The notes: generated by a model not told the origin, from the letters alone. Positions 1 to 9,489 are shown, counted from the stretch's first letter. The stretch: DNA of 17,440 nt from Octopus sinensis (GCF_006345805.1 NW_021825417.1:1-17440), one strand, 5' to 3'. Made by a program: numbers and translations.

Positions 1-257
1 GCTAATTTCTATCTTGTACTACAATTTCCAGCATGGTGTGATCAAAAACTGCGCACAACAGTAGCCATGTTTTTTCACGTCTGTTGTGTATGTATTTACA
101 CATTGAAGCCTACGATTTCAAGGATGTTTACTGGGCAAGAACTGTATATGTGTTTGATGTATAATAAGCGACATCTTTGTTTTCAATTTATCGTTGTTGT
201 GTTTCACCCCCTTCCTCATACTATGATATATTATATTATATTATGTTACGTTATATC

Positions 258-275
258 ATATATATATATATATAT

Positions 276-342
<67 letters not shown>
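258..342. repeat. Compound microsatellite (TA)n then (TAGA)n
   Basis: Read directly from the sequence. Confidence 0.97.
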
Positions 343-515
343 CAACAGAGTAAGCACATAAATGCGAAACAAGGTGGAAAAAATAGTGATCGAACATCAC
401 AGGCAGAGTAATATACTTTATTAAAAAGCAGTATAAATATCACTTTTATAAATATCAATATGTTACTCAGAGTTTCACGCGCCCGTTCGTCGGACAGTTT
501 TGTTTGATAATAAAG

Positions 516-706
516 TATATATATATATAATATATATATATATAATATCTATATATATATATATACATACATACATACATACTACATACATACATACATA
601 CATACATAATACATACATACATACATGCGTACATACACACATACATATTAAATATATATACATATAATATATAGAGAGATTTATATACATATATAGAGAG
701 ATATAT
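516..706. repeat. Compound (TA)n/(TACA)n microsatellite
   Basis: Read directly; abuts the truncated 3' end of the R4-type relic. Confidence 0.93.
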
Positions 707-978
707 TGGGGACAGGTACCACACTCCCTTTTGAGGCTCTATGAATGCATTTCACTTTCAGTGCTAAGTCTTTGTACTTTTCAACTTTCTTGATCTCTGT
801 CTTCAAAATTTTCTGGTCTGCAGTTATAGCGACGTCAATGAAGGTCCATTCCTTTGACTTCTTCCGCAGGGAGAGTGATATCTAGTAAGTTATGTTGCAG
901 CTTCTTACCTGTGTAGATTAGCATATCCTACGTGAGTTTCACCTGGTCATTCTCTGCTACCGGCAAATGTTGGTGCAA

Positions 979-980
<2 letters not shown>
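705..980 (-). mobile_element. Decayed R4/Dong-type non-LTR retrotransposon, RLE endonuclease domain
   Basis: Manual minus-strand translation: HQHLPVAENDQVKLT*DMLIYTGKKLQHNLLDITL /frameshift/ LRKKSKEWTFIDVAITADQKILKTEIKKVEKYKDLALKVKCIHRASKGSVVPV. This matches the R4-clade pattern EN..K..WD..I.TD....HNRPDI....IDVA.......E.EK..KY.DL......VVPV. TAG at 928-930 sits where Trp is expected. Confidence 0.88.

Positions 981-981
<1 letters not shown>

Positions 982-1062
<81 letters not shown>
982..1062. repeat. (CA)n microsatellite forming the tail of the SINE-B fragment
   Basis: Read directly. Confidence 0.97.
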
Positions 1063-1064
<2 letters not shown>

Positions 1065-1066
<2 letters not shown>

Positions 1067-1232
1067 GACGACAAGGGTTCCAACTGATCAGATCAACGGA
1101 ACATTTTGCTCGTGAAATTAACGTGCAAGTGACTGAGGACTCCACAGACACGCGTATCCTTAACGTTGTTCTCGGGGAGATTCAGAGAGACAATGAGTGC
1201 GACAAGGTTGGCCCTTTGAAATACAGTTACTG
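1065..1232 (-). mobile_element. SINE type B, 3' tail only, inserted in the R4 relic
   Basis: Similar to 14752-14962 and to the reverse complement of ~15880-16050 (shared gctcgtgaaattaacg, ccacagacacgcgta and ctttgaaa blocks). Confidence 0.9.
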
Positions 1233-1720
1233 AGACAGTTCCTTCGCCACAATGCCATTTTGGCATGATATTTTGCGTACTCTTTTGTGCCAGATTTGAG
1301 CATCCACTAATTTTAAGTTTGACGGTCTCAGATGATTTTTCCCTTAATCTACAGAATAGTGATACTACAGTCTTATCAATACTGCATTTGATTCAGTTGA
1401 TCCGTATAACTTGTTCTTGAACTGCAACTATCAATCTTATGCCTCCTTCTTAAAAAAATCTATGTCCTAATCATCTGGATTTATTATTATGTTTGTTGGA
1501 AAAACTCTTCGTGTAGGACTTTCTCTTTCCAGTTGAGGATCTTCCTTGGTTCTCATTTTGTACTCCTGGAGAGTCTAATCATTGTCACTGATCCCCTTCT
1601 CACTCGGTGTAGCCCAAAACATTCTTTCATTACTCTACGATACTCGTAGGCATGCAAGGACTTGGTCTTCTTTGTAATACTATCCCCTATTTCAATCCAT
1701 TCACTTCCACCTTCCTTCCA
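1233..1720 (-). mobile_element. Decayed R4/Dong-type LINE, post-RT linker and zinc-knuckle region (upstream half of the 705-980 element)
   Basis: Minus-strand translation with frameshifts: WKEGGSEWIEIGDSITKKTKSLHAY (RKEGGRGL-like, ~1646-1720), NWKEKVLHEEFFQQT (WKEK at 1520-1531), LIVAVQEQVIRIN*IKCSIDKTVVSLFCRLREKSSETVKLKISGCSNLAQK, then KEYAKYH. This follows the R4-clade order WK.K.LHG.F / LI.AAQ.Q / CRLC..ET..H...C..LA..EY..RH. Confidence 0.87.
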
Positions 1721-1867
1721 TTGTTGCTGTTGTTGCTGTTGTTGTTTCCGTTATACAAATGTGGTGTGTTGACAGAATCCTTAGAGCTCTGGCTAAAATT
1801 TCCGTTGCTATTAAATTACGCTACTTTTACATTTTAGGGTTTCAAATCTCGCTGTAATCTTAGTCTA

Positions 1868-2240
1868 TCATTATCATCATCATATCGTCATCGTCAGCAG
1901 CAGCAGCAGTAGCAACAACAACAATAACAATTTTCTCGTCCTTTTTCTCTTCCCTCTCCTCCTCCTCCTCAACAACGTCGTCATCATCGTCGTCAACATC
2001 GTGTTAGCCAATCGTCATCGTCATCGTTCGTTGTTGTCATCGTCTCTGTCGTCGTCATCCTCCTCCTCCTCCTCCTCTTCCTCGTCGTCACCATCATCAT
2101 CATCATCATTGTCATTATCATCATGGTTGTCGTCGTCGTCTTCTTCCTCCTCCTCCTCCTCATTATCATCATCATCATCATCATCATTATCATCATCATC
2201 GTCGTCATCATCATCGTCATCATCATCATCATCATCATAG

Positions 2241-2284
<44 letters not shown>

Positions 2285-2335
2285 GTCATCATCATCATCG
2301 TCATCATCATCGTCATCATCGCCGTTTGCTATCAT
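1868..2335. repeat. Compound trinucleotide array (CAT/CGT/CAG/CAA/CTC)n
   Basis: Read directly; explains the poly-S/M/D/I ORFs in the track. Confidence 0.93.
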
Positions 2336-2699
2336 CGTTCATTGTTCATCGTTACGTATCGTCTGCTCCCGGCAGGCGCCATTTTCGCCTCGGTCCCTTT
2401 CTTGTGGCTCTCCTTTATATACATTATATCCGCTCTGTTTCAAGTCTGTCTTGTCATTTCATTCCGTGGTTTACTTAAAACAAATAATACCAGTCAAAGC
2501 AGTGGGTTCTGTTTAATCAGCTGACACCCTCCACCCCCGCCTTCCGCCCTTCCCCTCTCTCCTTTCCACACACAAACAATATTGTGGCATTGTGATTAAC
2601 TTGGAGATGTTTCTTATGATTAAAACAGAAATGAAAGATACGCGAAAGCCAATGAGATAAAGGAAGAACGGTGAAGACGGAGAATGTATTTGTATTATA

Positions 2700-3432
2700 T
2701 GGATAGAGAGAGAGAGGAGGGGGAGAACTAGAGACGGGAGGGAGGGAGATAGAGGAGAAATAGAGAGAATAGATAGAGAGAATAGATAGAGAGAAATAGA
2801 TAGAGAAATAGAAAGAGAGTGAAAGGAAGAGAAAGAGAGTGGAGGAGGGGGTAGGTGACAGAGAGAGAAGAGATCGGTAGGGAAGGAGAGAGATGGGAGA
2901 AATAGATAGAAGAGGTAAGTAGAGAGGGAGACAGAGAGAGATGGGGAAGAATGTGAGAGAGAAGGAAGGGAGTAAAAAGAAATAGAGTTGGAGAATGAGA
3001 ATGAGAGGAAGAGAAAGAGAGAGAGAAGGGAGAGACGAGGGAGGAGATAAGGTGTAGAGGGAGAGAGGGGGATAGAGAGAGGAAGGAAGAGAAAGAGGGA
3101 TAGAGAGAGAGGAGAATGAGAAAGAGTGAGAAGGGTAGATAGGAAAGAAAGAGGAAATTGAGGCGAGAAAAAGAGAGAAGTGAGGGAAAGGGAGAGGGGA
3201 GAAGGGGAGAGAGGTACGAAGGAAGAGACAGGGAGGCATGAAGAAGTCATGAGCAAAAGAGAGAGCGAGAGATAAGGAGGGAGAGAAAAAGAGAGGAGAG
3301 AAGGAGAAAGGGGGAGCATTAGAATGTGAGACAGAGCTGCGAAAAGAGAGAGAGCGCGGAAGAGAGAGAAAGAGAAATGGAGATAGAGGATGAGAGGGAG
3401 AGAGAGAGGAGGAGAGAGAGTGAGAAAGACAG
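2700..3432 (+). repeat. Long degenerate polypurine (GA-rich) tract
   Basis: The plus strand is predominantly A/G over ~730 bp; includes a short AGATAGAGAGAAT tandem near 2760-2800. Confidence 0.9.
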
Positions 3433-3459
3433 AAAAGTAGAGCAACAGATAAAACAGAA

Positions 3460-4318
3460 AGTGTATGTATGTTATGTATGTATGTATGTGTGTATGTATG
3501 TACGTATATACATGAGTTGTGTGTGTGTATGTGTGTGTGTGGGGGGGAGAAATGATTTTTTTTCCTGTTGTTTGAAGTCTTGATTCATTAAGGCAAAAAA
3601 CATAACGACAGATTCTTCATTTAATCAATCATGAATATTTTCTCCTCTCTTCACACATAGCAAAACAAACAAACAAACAAACAAACAAACGAGAGTACAG
3701 AACGCACACATACCGAGTACGTATACTCACATATACGTGTGTCGTACATGTCGTATACACATACAAACATACGAACATACATATATATATACACTCAGAT
3801 ACTCATATGTCTGTATACATGTAAACACACACATATATATGTATATGTATGTGAATATGTATGTATGCATGTATGGATGTATGCAGGTATGCAGGTGTAT
3901 ATATGTATGCATGCATGTATGGATGTATGCAGGTATGTATGTGTGTATGTATGTATGCATCTACGTATGTATGTCTGTATGTATGTATGCATGTCTGTAT
4001 GTATACGCGTCCACACGGAGTTACGTGCACAGCTAATAGAAACACATAGTCACACTAACAAACATGCACACACAAAAGGAAATGCATTATATACACATGC
4101 AAACATTGATTTGTATAAAAAAAAGCTACACACACACAGACACACACGCGCGTACACACGCACACAAGCATGTATACACACATACACACATGCACGAGTG
4201 TGTGCAAACGTATTCATATAAACGGACAAAAGCGCAAACATATTTAAACCTACAAAATGATTGATATATATACATACATACATACTTACATACATATATA
4301 GATATACATAGATCGATC

Positions 4319-4372
<54 letters not shown>

Positions 4373-4375
4373 GAT

Positions 4376-4418
<43 letters not shown>

Positions 4419-4519
4419 CATACATACATACATACATACATACTTACATACTACATACATAACACGTGCATACATGTACATACCCATACACACACTCACA
4501 CACACAGACACGCACGAAT

Positions 4520-4555
<36 letters not shown>
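3460..4555. repeat. Compound microsatellite field: (TATG)n, (TG)n, (AAAC)n, (CA)n, (GATA)n, (CATA)n
   Basis: Read directly; (AAAC)n ~3662-3690 and (GATA)n ~4318-4417. Some short unique spacers are included. Confidence 0.88.
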
Positions 4556-4574
4556 GCTTTCCCACGCACACTGA

Positions 4575-4930
4575 CGCTTTACTGCACCAACCAACACCAG
4601 GATTAATTATTACCTGAGATGCTTTCGTATTATCAGTATGTCTAGTGAGATTAGCCGTTAGTGTTACTAAGAAGTATGTCTGACAGAAGCCACCACAAAC
4701 AGCAAAGAAATGGCTCGAAGACAGTTTCCTGTGGAACTCGACTCGAAATTGATGTCGCTCCTCTGACTTTTGTCATCTTAAAAAGTCTTGCGGCCACTCT
4801 CCCAATTTCCTGGTCTCCTGACTATGTTGATATCATGCAGCTGCAACCAAAGTCTCGTGGTCAACGTTCTCGAAGACTTTCGCGAAGTTAAGAACTATAA
4901 CATCCACGGATTAAGTAAACAGCTGTCGTA
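4575..4930 (-). mobile_element. Decayed CR1/L2-type LINE reverse transcriptase fragment
   Basis: Minus-strand translation: VDVIVLNFAKVFENVDH (4857-4907; cf. VDVIYLDFAKAFDKVDH), KLGEWPQDFLR, VPQETVFEP (from 4737; cf. GVPQGTVLGP), TDNTK (4623-4637; cf. ADDTK). Motif order fits the conserved RT subdomains. Stops and frameshifts are present. Confidence 0.82.
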
Positions 4931-4999
4931 AGGAGGTTTATGAGTGATCTCTTCTAGTTTTAATTATTTGAAGTCATTTTGTAAGGAAGGAACTGGTCT

Positions 5000-5165
5000 C
5001 TAACAAAGATACAAACTTTGTCAATGGAATGTAGATTAAACACAACGTCACATTTTGAAATTGAGAGAAGTCTTGTATTTTTATTACAGTTTTACTTCCT
5101 TTTTCTGATCGTCACTTCGGCATTTATTCATAAAACCAAGCGCACCAATTATTATTGGTGTAAAT
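5000..5165 (-). mobile_element. Possible third R4-type LINE C-terminal fragment
   Basis: PIIIGALG at 5135-5158, followed after a frameshift by QNVTLCLIYIPLTKFVSL, which is weakly like QK.ALLGTAHILRK.LS. Short and degenerate. Confidence 0.4.
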
Positions 5166-5184
5166 ATGAATTTATAATGGGTGC

Positions 5185-5242
5185 ATATATATATATATAT
5201 ATATATATAGATATATAGATATATAGATAGATAAATAGATTA

Positions 5243-5299
<57 letters not shown>

Positions 5300-5370
5300 T
5301 ATATGTTATATCTCTCTATCTATCTATCTATCTATCTATCTGTATATCTATATATCTATATATATATATA
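5185..5370. repeat. (TA)n/(TAGA)n/(TCTA)n compound microsatellite
   Basis: Read directly. Confidence 0.93.
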
Positions 5371-5569
5371 GCCGACGTTATCCAAGAGAAAGACAAAGAC
5401 CGCTACAGCCTGGTACCAGTGACGAAGCAACTCATTTCTACAGATGAGTGAACTGGAGCAACGTGAAATAAAGTATTTTGCTCAAAAACACGATACAACC
5501 CGGTCAGGGAAACGAACTCGCAACTTCATGATTGTGAGCCCGACGCTCTAAATACTGAGCCATACGCTT
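5371..5569 (-). mobile_element. tRNA-derived SINE type A, 3'-truncated
   Basis: Reverse complement begins aagcgtatggctcagtatttagagcgtcgggctcac...gagttcgtttcc (A box, degenerate B box) and aligns to 15348-~15550, including the core and tail start gcttcgtcactggtaccagg. Confidence 0.9.
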
Positions 5570-5585
5570 AAAAATATTTTAAAAT

Positions 5586-6091
5586 TCTTTTTACTCTTTT
5601 ACTTGTTTCAGTCATTTGACTGCGGTCATGTTGGAGCACCGCCTTTAGTCGAACAAATCGACCCCAGGACTTATTCTTTGTAAGCCTAGTACTTATTCTA
5701 TCGGTTTCTTTTGCCGAACCGCTAAGTTACGGAGACGTAAACACACTGGCATCAGTTGTCAAGCGATGTTGGGGGACAAACACAGACACATAAACATATA
5801 CACGCACACACACACAACACACACACACAGCACACACATATACAATACCCACAAAAAATATAATATATATATTATATATATATATAGTATATAATATAAT
5901 ATCTATATATATATACATACATATATACGACAGGGTTCTTTCAGTTTCCGTCTACCAAATCCACTCACAAGGCTTTGGTCGGCTCGAGGCTTTAGTAGAA
6001 GACACTTGCCCAAGGTGCCATGCAGCGGGACTGAACCCGGAACCATATGGTTGCTAAGCAAGCTACTTATCACACAGCCACTCCTGAGCCT
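5586..6091 (-). mobile_element. tRNA-derived SINE type C, apparently full length, with internal microsatellite
   Basis: A-box-like TGGCTGTGTGATAAG (6066-6080), B-box-like GGTTCAGTCCC (6027-6037), ggcaccttgggcaagtgtcttc motif, internal (TA)/(TG) tract ~5790-5930, and a 3' end ...gaaacaagtaaaagagtaa. It resembles an abundant octopus SINE as I recall it. Confidence 0.85.
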
Positions 6092-6149
6092 ATATAATAA
6101 TAATAGGATATTTTAAATATTGATTTGGTATGATGGTCCAGTAGAACAA

Positions 6150-6197
6150 AATATGAATCAAAGGGATCTATAGGCAAAAAATGGTTGTAAAACACTG
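6150..6197 (-). mobile_element. Single degenerate end of a hAT-like MITE
   Basis: Reverse complement CAGTGTTTTACAACCattttttgcctatagatcccttt aligns with 17387 onward (CAGGGGTTCTCAACCattttttatccattgatcccttt). No second end found. Confidence 0.55.
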
Positions 6198-6685
6198 CCT
6201 TTGACCGTAAGACTCATAGATTTACTTTAATACATGATTCCGATCAGCAATCACTGGTTGATGGTTATAGTCAAGAACAGCGAAGAATAACTTCCTACAT
6301 TCACTTCCAGATTTACTCTATATCAGATGGGATTTGTACTAACCAAAACAAAAATTAATTATATGGCATGTTAGATAATATCTCCACTTAGACGCAGATA
6401 TACATCTAGCATATATACATACACAAACACACATAGCCATGTACACTCCCACCTCTCTCTCTTTCTCCCTGTATGTTGTCCACTCACAAATACGTACGCA
6501 TACATACACACATACACACACACACAAGCACACACATCATGCCCTGAGAAACAGTGAAACCATCAAGAGAGCTGTTTGGATCCCAAATCGCCAGTAAAGA
6601 CCCTTTCATTGACGTTCTTTCCTTTTCTTTTGAAGGTGCAGATACCGATACATGCATTTTATCCTCGATCAATACAGTAGTATAG

Positions 6686-6780
6686 TGATGATGATGATGA
6701 CGACGACGACGACGATGATGATGATGATGACGACGACGACAACAACGACAACGAAGATGATATTTTTGATGATGATGGTG
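6686..6780. repeat. (GAT)n/(GAC)n trinucleotide array
   Basis: Read directly. Confidence 0.92.
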
Positions 6781-6805
6781 AAGATGCTGTTGTTATTTTT
6801 TTCCT

Positions 6806-6909
6806 CAGACATAGTCTATCCAACACTACTAATCCAACCTTATTTTAAAAGCAGTACACAATATGATTCGAGAGAGATTTGACTGCTATTTCAAACAGAT
6901 CGAGTAACC
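6806..6909 (+). repeat. Dispersed repeat F, diverged copy (orientation arbitrary)
   Basis: Core tgattcgagagagatttgactgctatttcaaacagatcgagtaacc aligns with 16205-16251 and with the reverse complements of 16262-16310 and 17068-17117. Confidence 0.6.
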
Positions 6910-7104
6910 TGGTTGGTTGTACTATTTATCAGTCAAGGATGGCAGCCCCCCAAATGGTGCATCACAAAGTATATCAAATTGTATCACAGACTTTTCAAAA
7001 ATAGATTGTAAAGAATTAGAACGTCCATACTAATGGTTGAATATCTTGATAACTGGGATCTTCATAATTGTCTCGTGTACAAATATGATTAATGATATCT
7101 AATT

Positions 7105-7566
7105 ATCGCATAAGTCCAGCAATTTTGAAATGGGAGGGTTAGTCGATACCATCGGCCTCGGTGTTGAGTGTTGCTTTATTTTATGAACCTCAGAAGAATG
7201 AAAGGCAAAGCCAACCCCGACAGGAATTGTACTCAACGTAAAGGGCTAAGAAAAAGAAAATAAATGCGCCCTTTTAAAGCCTAGCCAGGTGCAGGGGCCC
7301 GGTTTCCCGGTTTCTATGGCGTATGTGTTCCCCAGCTGAACGGGACGTCAGTCCATCGCAGCGTTACTCATTTTTTCCAGCTGAGTGGACTGGAGCAACG
7401 TGAAATGAAGTGTTTTTTTTCAAGAACACAACGCGTCGCCCGGCCCAGGAATCGACACCACAATCTTACGATCATGATGCTGACACCCTAACCACTAAGC
7501 CACGCGCCTCCACTAAAGAGCTAAGAGAAATAGTGCAAATGTAAAGTTTCCAATGCTTTAACAATC

Positions 7567-7575
<9 letters not shown>
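7105..7575 (-). mobile_element. Old SINE type E copy split by a SINE-D insertion
   Basis: Head ggctggtaggattgtta (~7559-7575) and body gagtacaattcc...ggctttgcctttcattc...atcgactaaccctccc (7105-7240) align to the type E copies at 10785 and 11107. Confidence 0.7.
7256..7513 (-). mobile_element. tRNA-derived SINE type D, full length, with 17-bp TSD
   Basis: A box TGGCTTAGTGGTTAG (7488-7502), degenerate B box (7448-7458), core shared with types A and B, tail ctgcgatggactgacgtcccg...gaaaccgggaaaccgggccc...gcgcatttatttt. Flanking direct repeats taaagggctaagaaaaa (7239-7255) and taaagagctaagagaaa (7514-7530) are 15/17 identical. Confidence 0.9.

Positions 7576-7597
<22 letters not shown>
7570..7597. 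repeat. (CCAG)n microsatellite at the 5' end of the old SINE-E head
   Basis: Read directly. Confidence 0.9.
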
Positions 7598-7600
<3 letters not shown>

Positions 7601-7730
7601 TGACTGAACGTACAGGTCAACGTGATACATGGTGTTAACATGTGGTGTAATCTTTCAGAAATCGTCATCATCTTTCCAAATCCTGCTGCATTTCACATGA
7701 AAATTTTAGATTTCTAAAGTCATCTTGGTG

Positions 7731-7788
7731 TATAAGTCGAACTACATCGTTTTGGCTGCAAATTTTTGTCTCAAAATTTCGACTTATA
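7731..7788. repeat. 11-bp perfect inverted repeat, possible Tc1/mariner-superfamily MITE end relic
   Basis: TATAAGTCGAA (7731-7741) and TTCGACTTATA (7778-7788). The family assignment rests on recalled TATAAGTCG-type subterminal motifs only. Confidence 0.45.
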
Positions 7789-8096
7789 TGCAAAAAAGAT
7801 AAGACAATAAAAGAATAGTTTTCTGTAACGTTTTAAATGTTTAACTTCAAAAATTTATCCAAACACTTCATGTCAAATGCGCCAGAATTCAGTGTGCCTT
7901 GACTTCACGGTGGCGTAGTTCTGCTAGCCTAATTAAATACCTGTTGATGTATCCCTTAGGTCATCTAGTCTACACCATCTTCACTAACTTGTCTCACTGA
8001 ATGGCAACCATTCAAATTGCTGCTGTCGCAACTTTACTAATTGTGAGGTATTTTTCTGAATGATAATTAACAGCTGAGTTTCTTGGTTAATTTGGA

Positions 8097-8160
<64 letters not shown>
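8097..8160. repeat. (TC)n microsatellite
   Basis: Read directly. Confidence 0.97.
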
Positions 8161-8910
8161 AGAGACTCTGTTTCAACTCCATATCTTTCTTACATAGAAT
8201 TTGTCCCTCGGAGGTTTTGGCACCCAACGTTGTGCTTTATGTCTTTCTAACTTTTGCTTACTTCACGGGGTCTCTCTTTTTTGATTGTGCTTTATCATAT
8301 CAGCTGAAGTACACAAGCGATCTTTTAGGTCACCATTGCATCCTGAATAAATTAGAGGACCGAAATTAAATAAATTAAAGTTCATCATAGGAATGCCTTT
8401 GATCAGAGACTTGCAAATAGCTTATAAAAAGTTCATATAAGTTTCAGGAGTCATCAGGAGAGAATGCGCAGTTTCGCGGCCTTCCTCCCGACAGCTTTAC
8501 AGCCCACTGCCCCACCCCACCCACTCATGTAAAGCTCAGCCTACTGGATCGACTGGCTATTATTTAACCATCGACATTCGATGTAGTAGATAAAATGATT
8601 ACATAGAGATTCCCTTGTTGGTTCTAGTTATCGTGGTGTCGCGGTTGGAGTTGGTTAGTGAGATAGAAAGATTGGAAAAAAAAAACACAATAGAAACACT
8701 GAATGTTTAAGTTTGCTGTGTTCAAATCCCAGGCGACTTAAATCTGCCTCTTCATGCCTCTGGTTAGAAACTATGTTTCTGTAGCAAAAGAACTGTAGAT
8801 CGATAACGATCGTATTGATCAAATATTTTCTTGCCTTATTAAATTGACCTTTGGGGTGAACATTCTAGGTTAGAGGTCATTCTATGTTAAGGAATTTCAT
8901 CATTATAAAC

Positions 8911-8953
8911 TATTGACTCTTCATTTTCTTTGGTTTTATTTCTTCAGGTAATG
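8911..8953 (+). other. Candidate 3' splice site (branch point, pyrimidine tract, CAG) immediately followed by GTAATG
   Basis: tattgac (8911-8917), tcttcattttctttggttttatttcttcag ending at 8947. Motif evidence only. Confidence 0.35.
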
Positions 8954-9132
8954 GAATGGCAACAAAACAGATGGATTTCTTGGATTAAATATACTTTATT
9001 TAGAATATCGTTTAATATCGAGCTGTATTCGTTGTGCTCCATTCTTCTACATTCTGTTTCGGGTATCTACGAAAAGATTAAGAAGAAACGAGTCCCCACC
9101 CATCTGATGCCTCTGTGGCAAATAAAAGAAAT

Positions 9133-9148
9133 CACCACCACCACCACC

Positions 9149-9193
<45 letters not shown>

Positions 9194-9219
9194 TCATCAT
9201 CATCATCATCATCATTATT
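9133..9219. repeat. (CAC)n then (CAT)n; the (ATG)n side forms the tail of the R4-type fragment
   Basis: Read directly. Confidence 0.93.
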
Positions 9220-9458
9220 CATATACACACATCAGATTAGACTGTTGCTAAAGAAAAAATTCCTAACATCCCACTACAACCTTAGATGCCAACAACTCTC
9301 CCAAGTATCCCAAGTGTCCCTAATAGCTGCTCTGTTTCCTGGAGCTGTACTGGGATTTATGCTTCTTTTATCCATCCATCTGTTCAAATCTTTAGGGACA
9401 GTTCGTAATGAACCTATAACTACTGGTTTACATTTTACCCGCACTTTCAATAGTCTTT

Positions 9459-9460
<2 letters not shown>
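9220..9460 (-). mobile_element. 5'-truncated R4/Dong-type LINE 3' end (RLE C-terminus plus 3' UTR)
   Basis: KRLLKVRVKCKPVVIGSLRTVPKDLNRW /frameshift/ LQETEQLLGTLGILGRVVGI* (TAA at 9282-9284), cf. PVVIGALG..PK.L..W...LQK.ALLGT..ILR.VL. A ~60-bp 3' UTR runs into an AAT/GAT tail. Confidence 0.85.

Positions 9461-9489
<29 letters not shown>

Noticed and set aside
967-1233. Similar peptides IRSTE..AREINV.V.E.STDTR at 967-1233, 14790-14978 and 15846-16040, suggesting a small protein family
   Set aside because: They are antisense translations of the same SINE-B tail; similarity is explained at the DNA level.
1993-2335. Poly-Met, poly-Ser and poly-Asp/Glu ORFs
   Set aside because: All frames of one trinucleotide array; no flanking domain.
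2513-3445. 310-aa and 240-aa Leu/Ser-rich minus-strand ORFs resembling membrane proteins
   Set aside because: They are translations of the CT-rich strand, which lacks stop codons by composition.
4661-4891. Plus-strand ORF with WSPD, superficially like the mariner WPPNSPDL motif
   Set aside because: The minus strand gives several ordered LINE RT motifs, a much better explanation.
5574-6117. atattttaaa on both sides of SINE C as a possible TSD
   Set aside because: The right copy is 16 bp from the element's 5' end and the motif is low-complexity AT.
8630-8820. Possible very old SINE-E copy (gtgttcaaatccc...tgcctcttcatgcct)
   Set aside because: Similarity is too patchy to call by eye.
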